Positions 41,084 through 51,731 of a stretch of DNA of 64,000 nucleotides are shown here, piece by piece; positions within the stretch are counted from its first letter, which is position 1; every line of letters starts with the position of its first letter. The stretch is taken from assembly GCA_963752595.1 (NCBI GenBank), contig CAVVYZ010000008.1:11269-75268 (forward strand), in the 5' to 3' direction. The stretch is from an uncultured delta proteobacterium. GTDB lineage: Bacteria; Desulfobacterota; Desulfomonilia; UBA1062. A program made the position numbers and the translations under genes. Under the pieces are notes generated by a model that was not told the origin of the DNA, did not search any database, and saw only the letters and a program-made list of their open reading frames with translations.

Positions 41084-43339
41084 TCAATTGAGAATATCAG
41101 CCAGAATGGACGAGAGCTCGTTCATATTGAACGGCTTGTTCAATTTTGCAACGATGAGCGGATTGTTCAGAATTTCCTCTCTCTCATGCTCAAAGGAGAA
41201 ACCGGATGAAATGATGACTTTCGTTTCAATGCCCTGCTTCAGCATCTCCTGGAGGGTATGATATCCATCGAGACCGGGCATAATCATATCAAGGATGATG
41301 ATATCGAATCCGCATGTATCCGATTTTAGTCTTTCCAGGCATGTGTTGCCGTCGGGGGCGGTCTCTACTTCGTGCCCGAGGTGTTCGAGCATTTCTTTGC
41401 CGATATCGCGCAGCATGTCTTCATCATCGACGAGCATGACCCGTGCTCTCTGAATCGGGGGCCTCTCAAAAGATTTGTCCTCGATCACGGCACTTTTTCT
41501 CTTTGTCTTCGATACAGGCAGCAGGATGCTGAACTGGGTGCCTTTCCCCTCCTCGGATTGCACCTTGATGCTTCCGCCGGAGTTCTTGACGATGTTGTAC
41601 GTAATGGAAAGACCCAAGCCTGTGCCCTTGCTCGTGCCTTTCTGCTTTGTGGAAAAGAACGGATCGAATATCTTCGGGAGGATCTCCTTACTCATGCCGC
41701 AACCGTTATCCGTCACATCGATCCTGACATACTTGCCCGTGACATCGAGCAGATACTGCCGTTTCAGGTTCTTATCCACGGTAATGGTCTGCGCATCAAT
41801 CCCGATACGACCCTTTTGCTTGCCCCCGATTGCATCCTTGGAATTCACGATGAGGTTGAGCAGAACCTGGGTGAGCTGGGTATGGTCAATGTATACGAAT
41901 AGGTCTTCACCAATATCGCAGATATCGAAGCGGATGCTCTTCGGCACCGATTTCGATGCCATGCCCATGACTTCCCGGATTACCTGGCTGATGGATATAT
42001 TTTCGGGCCTGCCCTCGTTGCGTTTGGTGAATACCAGCATCTGCTGGATGAGGTCTCGCGCCCGGTCCGAGATCTTTTCCAGGGTTTCGATGTACCCGAT
42101 CTGCTTTGATCTCTCCGTGGTAAGTTTCAGCATGGCGAGGTTGCCGGATATCCCGGTGAGTATATTGTTGAAATCATGGGCAACCCCGCCGGCAAGTTCA
42201 CCGATCGTCTCCATTTTCTGGGCATGGATAAGCTGGATTTCCATATGCTTCTTCTCAGTGATGTCTACGGCCGTGAAGACCACACCCCCGTGAGCAGGAT
42301 TCATGAGCGGGTAGATGCTTACGTCAAAAACATGGTTTGACGATACCGTCAGCGTCCGGTCGTGAAAGAACAGCGGCGACCGCTTCTCTTGTACTTCCTT
42401 GATCATCTTTTCAAAAGACTTCATCTCCAGGCTTAAAAACGATAACTCCTTCCCCAAGATCGAGAGGGGAGACCTGTGAAAGATCCTGCCCGTGACAGGG
42501 TTCACCATCTGGACTTTTCCCGATTTATCAAAACAGATAATGACGTTCGGGCTTGATTCGAAAATGCTGTTGAGATGGTTGGAGAGGTCTTCGATCGTCT
42601 GTTGTGCCTTCTTCAGATCGGTAATCACCTGGGCATTATACTGTATCTCGACGATCTTGCCGGCCTTTTTGACTACAGATCCGCTGGCGAGCAGGTACTC
42701 CGTACTTCCATCCCTTCGCACCGCACGAAGTTCGAACCGGGGAGTCTTGCCTTCGAGGATTTCTTTCCAGAAATCGATGAAGAGGTCCCTGTCATCGGGA
42801 TGCGCAATCAGGAGTATGGTCTGCCCGAGCATCTCCTTGCGGGGATATCCCGAAACCTCTTCGACCTTCTTGTTCATCCTTTTGATATAGCCGCCCGAAT
42901 CAGTGGTAATGATGATCTCGTTGGCGTTCTCGAACAGGGCCTCGAAACGTTCCCTGCTCTCCCTGATCTGCTCCTGAAGCCTTTTGCGCCGCGTGATATC
43001 CGAGACCAGGCCGCAGAATCCGATGGTCTTGCCTGCATCATTCCTGAGAAGGCTTACGGAATTCTCGACCACCTTTCTTTTGTCATTGGGAAGGATGATT
43101 TCGTACTCAATCCGCTGGGGGATGCCTGTCCTGAATACATCGTTGAATTTCTTGAAGACCTTCCTGGAAGTTGCCTTGCCGGTATATGAACTGAACTTCA
43201 TCCCGATAAGCTTCTCTCTGGGAAGCTCGACAATACCGCAGACGATATCGTTGATGTAAGTGAAGGCCCCGTCGAGGTCTATTTCATAATAGCCCTCTTG
43301 CATATCTTCGAGAATCTTCCTGTTCTTCTCGCTTGCCAT
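41084..43339 (-). CDS. Cytoplasmic hybrid sensor histidine kinase (3 PAS-HisKA-HATPase-REC)
   Basis: Three PAS repeats, AHDFNNILT, DNGCGM, GTGLGL, LDMIMP. Confidence 0.94.
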   Translation of the reverse strand: MASEKNRKILEDMQEGYYEIDLDGAFTYINDIVCGIVELPREKLIGMKFSSYTGKATSRKVFKKFNDVFRTGIPQRIEYEIILPNDKRKVVENSVSLLRNDAGKTIGFCGLVSDITRRKRLQEQIRESRERFEALFENANEIIITTDSGGYIKRMNKKVEEVSGYPRKEMLGQTILLIAHPDDRDLFIDFWKEILEGKTPRFELRAVRRDGSTEYLLASGSVVKKAGKIVEIQYNAQVITDLKKAQQTIEDLSNHLNSIFESSPNVIICFDKSGKVQMVNPVTGRIFHRSPLSILGKELSFLSLEMKSFEKMIKEVQEKRSPLFFHDRTLTVSSNHVFDVSIYPLMNPAHGGVVFTAVDITEKKHMEIQLIHAQKMETIGELAGGVAHDFNNILTGISGNLAMLKLTTERSKQIGYIETLEKISDRARDLIQQMLVFTKRNEGRPENISISQVIREVMGMASKSVPKSIRFDICDIGEDLFVYIDHTQLTQVLLNLIVNSKDAIGGKQKGRIGIDAQTITVDKNLKRQYLLDVTGKYVRIDVTDNGCGMSKEILPKIFDPFFSTKQKGTSKGTGLGLSITYNIVKNSGGSIKVQSEEGKGTQFSILLPVSKTKRKSAVIEDKSFERPPIQRARVMLVDDEDMLRDIGKEMLEHLGHEVETAPDGNTCLERLKSDTCGFDIIILDMIMPGLDGYHTLQEMLKQGIETKVIISSGFSFEHEREEILNNPLIVAKLNKPFNMNELSSILADILN

Positions 43340-43465
43340 GCCCTAACCTTCGAAGGTACAATCGGAAAAGAGGTAACAAAACTTAATATACCAGGATTTC
43401 TCACGATATGCTAAGGCAATCGTAGTTTACACTCGATTTTTTCATGCCCGATAAGAGGTGCTCTC

Positions 43466-44377
43466 ATGGAACATGCTCAGACGGAGAAAATCATTGATCA
43501 CATGAGCCGGATATTTCTCGGCCAGGACAGTGTGGTGAAATCCATCCTCTGCGCATTGCTGGCCCGGGGGCATATCCTGCTCGAAGGCGTACCGGGTGTG
43601 GGCAAGACCCTCATCGGAATGGCCATATCGCGTCTCTTCGACTTAAGCTTCAAACGGATCCAGTTTACGAATGATCTTCTTCCCTCCGACATAACCGGCT
43701 TCCATACGATCAGGAGTACCTCGGGCGAGTTCAACCTGGTGAAAGGCCCGATCTTCGCGAGCATCGTGCTCGCAGACGAGATCAACAGGACCTCTCCCAA
43801 AACTCAGTCAGCCCTGCTCGAAGCCATGGAGGAGCATAAGGTGACCATTGACGGCACAACCTATGAACTGCCCATGCCGTTCATGGTCATCGCAACGCAG
43901 AATCCCATAGAGGTCGTAGGAACGTTTCCCCTGCCGGAGAGCCAATTAGACCGCTTTCTCATCAAGGTAAGCGTAGGCTACCCGCCCCTGGAAGAGGAAT
44001 TGCTGATCATTTCTCGAGGTATCGATCATACCGATGCGCTGAAGCTGGAACCGGTCATCGCGGGCGAGGCCATTGCCGCCATGATCGATCAGGTCTCCCG
44101 GGTCCTCGTTCACAGAGATGTCTTAAGCTATATGACGTCCATCATCCGTTCGACCCGCAGCCAGGCAAATATCGAGCTCGGCGCATCTCCCAGGGGAGGT
44201 CTCGCCCTGAAAAAAGCTTCTCAGGCATGGGCATACCTGGCCGGGAGAAACTATATCACACCGGGTGATGTCAAAACCGTTGCACCCCTGGTGCTTTCTC
44301 ACAGGATCATCTCCAGGAACGGCGACCCGAAGGCGGTACTCGAGACCCTGCTCGATGAAATCGAAGTCCCTGTATAA
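43466..44377 (+). CDS. moxR: MoxR family AAA+ ATPase
   Basis: GHILLEGVPGVGKT, RIQFT.DLLPSD, LADEINR, ATQNP, PLPESQLDRF. Confidence 0.95.
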   Translation: MEHAQTEKIIDHMSRIFLGQDSVVKSILCALLARGHILLEGVPGVGKTLIGMAISRLFDLSFKRIQFTNDLLPSDITGFHTIRSTSGEFNLVKGPIFASIVLADEINRTSPKTQSALLEAMEEHKVTIDGTTYELPMPFMVIATQNPIEVVGTFPLPESQLDRFLIKVSVGYPPLEEELLIISRGIDHTDALKLEPVIAGEAIAAMIDQVSRVLVHRDVLSYMTSIIRSTRSQANIELGASPRGGLALKKASQAWAYLAGRNYITPGDVKTVAPLVLSHRIISRNGDPKAVLETLLDEIEVPV

Positions 44378-45278
44378 GCTTCTCAAGCCTCCGAGGGGCT
44401 TCGCCCTGACCAAGTCAGGCAAGATCTTCTTTGCCTTTCTCCTGGCGATCATCCTCATAGCCATGGCAACGGGCAATAACCTTCTTTTCCTCATCCTTGC
44501 GTGCTTTCTTTCGTTCATGATCGTTTCCGGTATCGAATCGGAAATGAACTTGCGCCACCTGGAAGCTTCCAGAATTCTCCCTTCGGAGATCTACGCCCGG
44601 AGACCCGGGATAATTTCCTACCGGGTTCACAATCCCAAGAGAAACTCCATCAGGCTTACCCTCTCGGACGGGTATAAAGTGAAGCTTCCGAGCGTACCCC
44701 GCGGGGTCCCGGAAAGTGTCCTGCATGAGAGGGTTTTTATGAAAAGGGGAAAATACCTCCTTGGAGAGATTTCACTCTTGACCACGTATCCCTACGGGCT
44801 CTTTGAAAAATCCATCACGTTTGACCTCGAAGATGAAATCATCGTGTTCCCGGAGCCTGTTCCGTGTTTCCGTATCGCAACGTACGGGCCCTCGGGAGAC
44901 TACAAAGGCAGCGAGCCCGACACCATATCCCATGTGCGGCCCTATATGCCGGGCGATCCCTTCTCTGCCATAGTATGGAAGAAACAGAATCAGGGTCTGG
45001 TCTCACGGGTGGTGCAGGGCGGCGGCGGGGTAGGGTCCCTGATTGTCCTGCTCCCCGGCGGCGATATGGAGAAGAAACTCGGCATGGCCACCTACCTTGT
45101 TCTCGAACTGTGGAAGGCATCGTTATTGTTCGGCGTATCGGTAAATGGCTATTTCAGCGGCATAGGGGTCTCGGCGGACCATAAGATCGGGATCCTTCAA
45201 ACCCTGGCCGGGATAGAGTCTATCAGGGATCCCGACCTGAAGGCATCTCCGGGCAACGAACATGTCATCGCTCTCTAG
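44355..45278 (+). CDS. DUF58 domain protein
   Basis: N-terminal TM with GNNLL, YPYGLF, VRPYMPGD...IVWK; follows moxR. Confidence 0.88.
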   Translation: MKSKSLYKLLKPPRGFALTKSGKIFFAFLLAIILIAMATGNNLLFLILACFLSFMIVSGIESEMNLRHLEASRILPSEIYARRPGIISYRVHNPKRNSIRLTLSDGYKVKLPSVPRGVPESVLHERVFMKRGKYLLGEISLLTTYPYGLFEKSITFDLEDEIIVFPEPVPCFRIATYGPSGDYKGSEPDTISHVRPYMPGDPFSAIVWKKQNQGLVSRVVQGGGGVGSLIVLLPGGDMEKKLGMATYLVLELWKASLLFGVSVNGYFSGIGVSADHKIGILQTLAGIESIRDPDLKASPGNEHVIAL

Positions 45279-47121
45279 GATCGCTCTCCTCACGACAGGC
45301 ATATCCGCTGCAGGTCTCTTGTCTTTGAGCCTGGCAGGCCTCCTTGCCTGGCCGTTATTCATCCTTTTGCTGGGAGTGCATCTTATCGTTTGGAGAAAAT
45401 TCGATGCCCCGGTACCCGTGACCGCGTCCCAGGTCACTGTCCTGACGCTCCTGCTCTTCACCTTCGAGCTCTTCAGGATTTCCCTGTACAGATGGGACAT
45501 CGTCGTGCCGGCCTTGAGGGATGTCATTGTTTTTTTCGCTGTCGCCAGGCTTATCCTTCCCAAGACGAACAGGGAGATTTACCAGATAGTCGGCATCGGC
45601 CTTACCGAGTGCACCCTGTCGACGATCTTTACCCAGAGCCCGCTTTTCCTCATCGGCCTCCTCCTCATGGCAGGCCTTATCCCCCTGGCCCTTTCCGACC
45701 TCGATGAAACGTCGTTCCCCATAAATACCCGACGCAGGAAAAGCCTCCTGCACTGGCCAAAGGTCTGGGCCGGCATCTTCATTATCATGTGCATCCTGTT
45801 TTTCATCGTACCGAGGCCGTCTTCGACCCTCATCAAAAACGGGGTCATCAAAGAAACGAAAACAGGGTTTTCCGAAGAAATCCGCCTCTCACGAAATGTT
45901 GCCGTCGAATCGGACAGCAACATTGTCATGCGGGTGGTATGGAGCCGGGGCAGCACGCCCGAGCTCTTCTACCTCGCGGGATCAAGGCTTGACACATTGA
46001 CAAAAGAAGGCTTTACCAGGGGGGACCCGGTACCGGTCAGTTTTTCTCCGGATGCCGGAGAATCCGACAGGCTCATGATCTACCCTGCAGGCCTCGACAG
46101 CCGGAATGTATTCTCCCCTTTCCATCTTACCCACGTGTCGCCGGGCACCTGCATCCGCAAAGGCCCGAATCTGTACTGGACCCAGGACTCACCGCCTGCC
46201 TATGAGCTGCGGATAATCAGATCGGGGTCAAGCGACCCGTACGGCAGCAATGATGTGCCGGAAGAGCTTCATGACCTCGCGGATTTCAGCAGGAAGATTG
46301 CCGGAAGGGGTCAGCTCGACCTCAAGATCAGACGTCTTGAAGCCTATCTGAAGGCTTCGTGCTCATACACGCTCGACGGCCTTCGGATCCCGCACGGCGT
46401 TTCTCCGATTCACTGGTTTGTCTTCGACGGCCGGCGCGGAAACTGTGAACACTTTGCCTCTGCCCTGGCTGCCATGCTCAGAGGGTGCGGGATTCCCTCG
46501 AGGGTCGTGGCCGGATTCCTCGTCCATGAGTTCAACGAGACGGGCGGGTACTTCATCGTGAGGGCTGACGATGCCCACGCCTGGGTAGAGTATCTCGCCG
46601 GCGGTACATGGCACGCCCTTGAAGCGACACCACAGGGCGTTACGGCAGGGCAGAGGAGGTCAAGTGTCGTCGATGCATGTAAGTTCCGATGGATCAGATG
46701 GGTGATCCAGTATTCCCTCGAAGATCAGGTCCGCATTGCAACCGCCGTCTTCTTCAATCCTCACGACATCGAACATGAGGTGGGCTATGCACTCGCAGGA
46801 TCGATGAGTGCGGCAATACTCGCACTGGTGATATGGCTCCTGTACTTCAAAACGGCAAAGAGTGATACCGGATTTTACCGGAAGGTGGTGCGGGCGATAA
46901 ACAGCAAAGGCCTTCCGCTCGATCCCCGTGCAGCCCACGAAGAGCATCTGGAAAGGATCGCATCGAAGTGGCCGGCGCTGCAATGGCATTTCGGTATTTT
47001 CCTCAATGACTATCTGGCGTGGCGTTTCGGGGGAAGAAAGATCGACATCCGGGCAAGTACAGGGAAGATACTTCGTGAAATCAGAGGAAACCGTCCGCCT
47101 GCCGGCTTACACAGGAAATAA
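45262..47121 (+). CDS. Membrane transglutaminase-like protein (TgpA type)
   Basis: Multi-TM N-terminus, TGFS, GNCEHFAS, GIPSRVVAGF, AHAWVE, LEATP. Confidence 0.9.
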   Translation: MSSLSRIALLTTGISAAGLLSLSLAGLLAWPLFILLLGVHLIVWRKFDAPVPVTASQVTVLTLLLFTFELFRISLYRWDIVVPALRDVIVFFAVARLILPKTNREIYQIVGIGLTECTLSTIFTQSPLFLIGLLLMAGLIPLALSDLDETSFPINTRRRKSLLHWPKVWAGIFIIMCILFFIVPRPSSTLIKNGVIKETKTGFSEEIRLSRNVAVESDSNIVMRVVWSRGSTPELFYLAGSRLDTLTKEGFTRGDPVPVSFSPDAGESDRLMIYPAGLDSRNVFSPFHLTHVSPGTCIRKGPNLYWTQDSPPAYELRIIRSGSSDPYGSNDVPEELHDLADFSRKIAGRGQLDLKIRRLEAYLKASCSYTLDGLRIPHGVSPIHWFVFDGRRGNCEHFASALAAMLRGCGIPSRVVAGFLVHEFNETGGYFIVRADDAHAWVEYLAGGTWHALEATPQGVTAGQRRSSVVDACKFRWIRWVIQYSLEDQVRIATAVFFNPHDIEHEVGYALAGSMSAAILALVIWLLYFKTAKSDTGFYRKVVRAINSKGLPLDPRAAHEEHLERIASKWPALQWHFGIFLNDYLAWRFGGRKIDIRASTGKILREIRGNRPPAGLHRK

Positions 47122-47916
47122 TTACGGTGTAAGTATTATTTCCACCCGTCTGTTCATAGCCCTGCCGTCTTCCGAGGCGTTATCCGCGATGGGCTTGGTA
47201 TCGGCATAGGATATGGCGCACATGGTTTCTTTCTTTATCCGCGCATCATTGAAGATCATGAGAACAGCCAAGGCTCTCGCGTGGGCCAGGTGCCAGTTGG
47301 TGGGATAGGCGCTCTTTGAATTCGTTACGAATGTGCCGTCCGTATGGCCGGCGATCTCTATGGCTGACGGGGACAGCTGTTTGATCCCCAGGGCGATCTT
47401 TTTGATGAGCTTGGTGCCCTTGGGTGTCAGCCATGCGCTCCCGGCAGTGGGAAAGAGAGTAGCCTGGGGGATGACTATTTTGATCTTGCCCTGGGCCCGG
47501 ATGATGTAGATCTCGTCGCTCAGCCTTTGCGAATCGAGGAAAGAGGTAATGTACTCGTAATCCTTGTTCAAGTATGCAACAGATTCTTTTTTCTCCTGAC
47601 TTGTATTGCCGGTCTGGGAGATCTTTTTTATCAGGGCCTTTTTTTCCTCAAGGCACTGGATGTTTTTATCGAGCAGGTCCTGCCGTTCGGTCATCGCATC
47701 TGCAAGCATCTGGGCCGTCTTATCGAGCTTTTCCTGCATCTGGGCAATGTTCTTCGAGATGTTTTCGTTATTTTCTTTGACCGTCCGTGATTCCTGCGTA
47801 CAGGCGTTCAGCTCGTTCACGACGCCCTGATACTCATCCTGGCTGTACTTGTGGGCACACCCGAAGACAAGAGGTATGAGCAGGATCGGTAGCATGCGCA
47901 GATTGTTAGGAATCAT
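47122..47916 (-). CDS. OmpA/MotB-like peptidoglycan-binding lipoprotein with coiled coil
   Basis: Lipobox-like LVFGC, heptad region, IAGHTD, NWHLAHARA, NRRVEI. The start is probably downstream of the ORF-track start. Confidence 0.85.
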   Translation of the reverse strand: MIPNNLRMLPILLIPLVFGCAHKYSQDEYQGVVNELNACTQESRTVKENNENISKNIAQMQEKLDKTAQMLADAMTERQDLLDKNIQCLEEKKALIKKISQTGNTSQEKKESVAYLNKDYEYITSFLDSQRLSDEIYIIRAQGKIKIVIPQATLFPTAGSAWLTPKGTKLIKKIALGIKQLSPSAIEIAGHTDGTFVTNSKSAYPTNWHLAHARALAVLMIFNDARIKKETMCAISYADTKPIADNASEDGRAMNRRVEIILTP

Positions 47917-48061
47917 CGAATCAAAAGCATACTCGGTTCTTCCGGCACTGTCAATCCTCTGCATGGCGAATCTGAGGATATCGGCATGCACGAGCGGGAA
48001 CAACCCTATGAAATGCCAAAGGGGTGGACAATGCAGGATACTGTGATTATAATTCTCCGTC

Positions 48062-49125
48062 ATGATCATCCAGAAGTATATCCTGAACCATCTGGCCAGG
48101 CTCTTCCTTGGTGCATTGCTGGTACTCTACGGCGTGATGTTCATCGTTGAGTGGATACGCATAGGCCAGGTGATATCCAGGGATGATTTCGATATCTTCC
48201 TCATGGCGCTGATCCCCCTGGCAGTATTTGTCCTGCCGATGGCGCTCATCTTCAGCGTGCTCATGGCGCTGGAAAGGCTCTCGATAGAATCGGAGATCAT
48301 CGCCATGCAGGCATGCGGCATACCGCGCCGCACACTGTATACGCCGATCCTGATGATAGCCTTCCTGTGCCTTATCGTGCACTTGAGTATTTCCACATAC
48401 CTCGGCCCGCTCTCCATGCAGAGGATACAGGACAGGCTCGTTCAGAAGGCGCCGCAGAAGGTCTATGCCTTTCTCCAGGAACGGGAGTTCATCAATACGT
48501 TCAAAGGCATCACCCTCTACATCGAATCCGTAAACCAGAAAAAAAGAGGCTCGGCAACGTGTTCATCGAAACCAAGGGAAAGGATCATTCCATCATCGCT
48601 GCCGAGAGAGGGACTTTGGAGGTAAGGCCGTCAGGCATTCTTATGAAGCTTACCGATGGAAGCGTGTTCATGGAATCAAAGCAGATCTTACGGTATATAA
48701 CTTTTGATGAATACGATTTCCTTCTTGAAGCGGATTTCAGCAAAAAATTGAACTTGCGTTCAACAGATGCGCTCACCCAGCAGCAGCTGAAAGATCAAAT
48801 CATCAAGCAGGACAGAAAGCCCAAGCTCGTCAAAGAGTATTACAGCAGATTCGCATTCCCGTTCCTCAATATCATTCTTGCGCTGGTGGGACTTCAGTTC
48901 GGAATCCAGAGGCCGAGGTCCCCGCGCCATACCGGGATTGTGTTCGGGTTCGGCGCTATCCTGAGCTATTATCTGCTCTTCCTTCTGGCAGACCGCCTCG
49001 TGAAAGCGGATACATTGAACCCGGTGCTGGGTGCATGGCTGCCGGACATCGTTTTTTGCCTTCTTCTCCTGAGCATATGGGCGATGAAACGTTTCCGTTT
49101 ATCGAAGGGAGCCTCCGATTACTAG
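48062..49125 (+). CDS. lptF: LPS export ABC transporter permease (frameshift in the A-run near 48540)
   Basis: LPMA, RLSIESEIIAMQACG, AWLPDI; tandem with lptG. Confidence 0.85.
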
Positions 49126-49144
49126 CATAATCCAAAATTATATC

Positions 49145-50203
49145 TTGAAGAAGGCCTTCTGGACGTCCTTTACGGCGCTTGCCGGCCTGGTCCTTCTCAT
49201 GGTGATCTCCAAGCTGTTCGGAGATCTCACCATGTTTGCGGAATACAACACCGGGTTTACAATCATCGCACAATACCTCGCATTGTCGATTCCCAAGATG
49301 ATAACCCTTGTCTTGCCGTTCTCGGTCTGCCTCGGGATACTCGCGGCTCAGGCTGCTTTTGCAAGAAACAGTGAGATTATTGCCATGCAGGCATGCTCAA
49401 TGCCGGTGGTGAAAATCTATACTCCCTATCTTATCGTGGGGCTCCTTGCGACATGCCTCATGGCAGGCACGAGTTTCTATTTCTATCCCACGAGCCAGCG
49501 TGCAGCCGACAAGATCGAGAACCTCTCCATCGAGAAAGGTGCTGTGTCCGGATCATTCACGGTATCCGGCGGACGTTTCAAAGTAGGACCGGACATTTAC
49601 GGCGTGGAAAGCCTCGACGTTACCAAGGGCAGCATGGAGAATGTCACCTGCTACCGGTTCTCTTCGGGGAAGCTCAGTGAGATCATCCGTGCAAAAAGCG
49701 CCCAGTGGGACGGAAAACAATGGGTCGCCCGGGACATGAAAATCATTGAACTCAGCGACAAGGGGATCTCCGAGCCCCGTGCTTCGTCGGTCCTGCCGCT
49801 TGCAAAAGAACCTGAAGATCTGGTCATGGCGCAGACAAACACCGAGGTGCTTTCGCTGCCCGAGCTACGCGAGTATGTTTTGCAGCTAAAAGAAAGCAGA
49901 ACAAGATCGCCCTCTACCGAGACCCTTTATTACAGCAGGATAAGCTTTTCCATCGCGCCTTTCATCATAAGCCTGCTCGTAATACCTTTCGGCATGCGGT
50001 TTCCCAGGGCAGGAGGTATTGCACGGGGGATCTCGACCGGCCTGATTCTGGGCCTGTCCTACTGGTTTCTCCATTCCGGCATGACCGAGCTCGGGGCAGC
50101 CGGCTACATGCGCCCTCTGATTGCCGCATGGGGGGCGAATCTCGCGGCGCTGATCCTAGCATTCGTCATTCTGGTCAGAAAGAGAGGTGCAATGTATGGC
50201 TGA
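49145..50203 (+). CDS. lptG: LPS export ABC transporter permease
   Basis: RNSEIIAMQAC, P.IAAWGAN, LptF/G topology. Exact start uncertain. Confidence 0.85.
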   Translation: MKKAFWTSFTALAGLVLLMVISKLFGDLTMFAEYNTGFTIIAQYLALSIPKMITLVLPFSVCLGILAAQAAFARNSEIIAMQACSMPVVKIYTPYLIVGLLATCLMAGTSFYFYPTSQRAADKIENLSIEKGAVSGSFTVSGGRFKVGPDIYGVESLDVTKGSMENVTCYRFSSGKLSEIIRAKSAQWDGKQWVARDMKIIELSDKGISEPRASSVLPLAKEPEDLVMAQTNTEVLSLPELREYVLQLKESRTRSPSTETLYYSRISFSIAPFIISLLVIPFGMRFPRAGGIARGISTGLILGLSYWFLHSGMTELGAAGYMRPLIAAWGANLAALILAFVILVRKRGAMYG

Positions 50204-51536
50204 TGTGGTCATCATAGGAGCAGGTCCTGCAGGAATTTTTGCCGCCCTCGAGCTCACCAGGCATGCACAGGGGCTCGATATCGTTATCATCGAGCAGGGA
50301 AAGGACATCACCGAGAGGAGCAGAGCCGGGAAGGACATGCTCATCGGCTGGGGCGGGGCAGGGGCCTACAGCGACGGCAAGCTCACCATCTCCACCGATG
50401 TAGGAGGGCAGCTGTCCTCTTTGCTGAATGAAGAAGATCTCATCATGCTCCTCGAGGAGGTTGACCGGATTTATGCAAGCTACAACTCATCCGGAGGCGT
50501 ATATTCCGTCGGTGCAGATGATGCCGACCTGATCTCTGCCCATGCACGGCTTGCAGGCCTCGTCTATATTCCCACCAAAGTCCGCCATATCGGCACAGAG
50601 AACTGTTACACGATTCTCAAAGATATGCGGGATGAACTGAGCTCCAAGGTCACCATGGTATTCAATACCAAGGCTTCTGCCATCCTGGAGCAGGATGGCA
50701 GGGTTACGGGCGTGAGGCTTGCAGACGGGTCGATAGTCAGCACCCGCTTCGTCATCGCTGCGCCGGGAAGGGTAGGATCTTCCTGGATGTCGGACCAGGC
50801 AAAGAGGCTCGGCCTGGAAACCAGGCCCAACCCGGTCGATCTCGGCGTTCGGGTGGAGCTCCCTGCCGTGGTGCTGGAGCACCTTACCAAAAAGGCCTAT
50901 GAGACAAAGTTCATCTATTACTCGAAGACGTTTGACGACAAGGTCCGGACCTTCTGCATGAACCCCTACGGAGAGGTCGTCCTTGAGACCCTTGAAGATA
51001 TCCTTACCGTGAACGGACATTCGTGGGCAAGGACGCGGACGGATAACACCAACTTCGCCATCCTCGTAAGCGCCGATTTCACCGAACCTTTCGACGACCC
51101 CATCGGGTATGGCGAGTCTGTTGCCAAGCTTGCAAACATGCTGGGCAAAGGGGTCATCGTCCAGCGACTTGGAGACCTCCAGTCAGGCAGGAGGACAAAC
51201 CCGGCCCGGCTGCTCAAATGCACGACCTATCCCACGCTGAAGCAGGCCACCCCAGGCGACCTGAGCTACTGCCTCCCCTACAGGATCCTCTCGGACATCA
51301 TGGAGATGCTCTCGGCCCTCGACAAGATAGCCCCGGGCGTAAACTCAGCCCACACGCTCCTCTACGGCATCGAGGTGAAATTCTACTCCAACCGCATCAG
51401 CCTCGACAACGGCCTCAAGACAGGGCTGGAGGGCCTCTACGTCATCGGAGACGGCGCCGGCATCACCCGCGGCCTCATCCAGGCAAGCTGCTCGGGGCTC
51501 ATCGCCGCGAGATCGATAGTGAAAAACCTCTCTTAG
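50196..51536 (+). CDS. Uncharacterised FAD-dependent oxidoreductase (COG2509 type)
   Basis: IIGAGPAG, GGAGAYSDGK, RHIGT, DLGVRVE, RTFCMNP, GDGAGITRG. Confidence 0.88.
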   Translation: MADVVIIGAGPAGIFAALELTRHAQGLDIVIIEQGKDITERSRAGKDMLIGWGGAGAYSDGKLTISTDVGGQLSSLLNEEDLIMLLEEVDRIYASYNSSGGVYSVGADDADLISAHARLAGLVYIPTKVRHIGTENCYTILKDMRDELSSKVTMVFNTKASAILEQDGRVTGVRLADGSIVSTRFVIAAPGRVGSSWMSDQAKRLGLETRPNPVDLGVRVELPAVVLEHLTKKAYETKFIYYSKTFDDKVRTFCMNPYGEVVLETLEDILTVNGHSWARTRTDNTNFAILVSADFTEPFDDPIGYGESVAKLANMLGKGVIVQRLGDLQSGRRTNPARLLKCTTYPTLKQATPGDLSYCLPYRILSDIMEMLSALDKIAPGVNSAHTLLYGIEVKFYSNRISLDNGLKTGLEGLYVIGDGAGITRGLIQASCSGLIAARSIVKNLS

Positions 51537-51731
51537 AGCGCGGAGCAAGGATATTTTATTCTCGACTCATCTGATAGAAGAAAAAAAGGCAAAAAAGATC
51601 AGCCGTTCTTTTTTGAAATTTCATCTATCCAATACGTATTACCCGCGATTTTTTACTTGAATGTAAATCTTCATTTATACTATCGTCTACCTGTTTTCCA
51701 ACACCTAATGCGAAAAGAGGGAGAGACTTTT

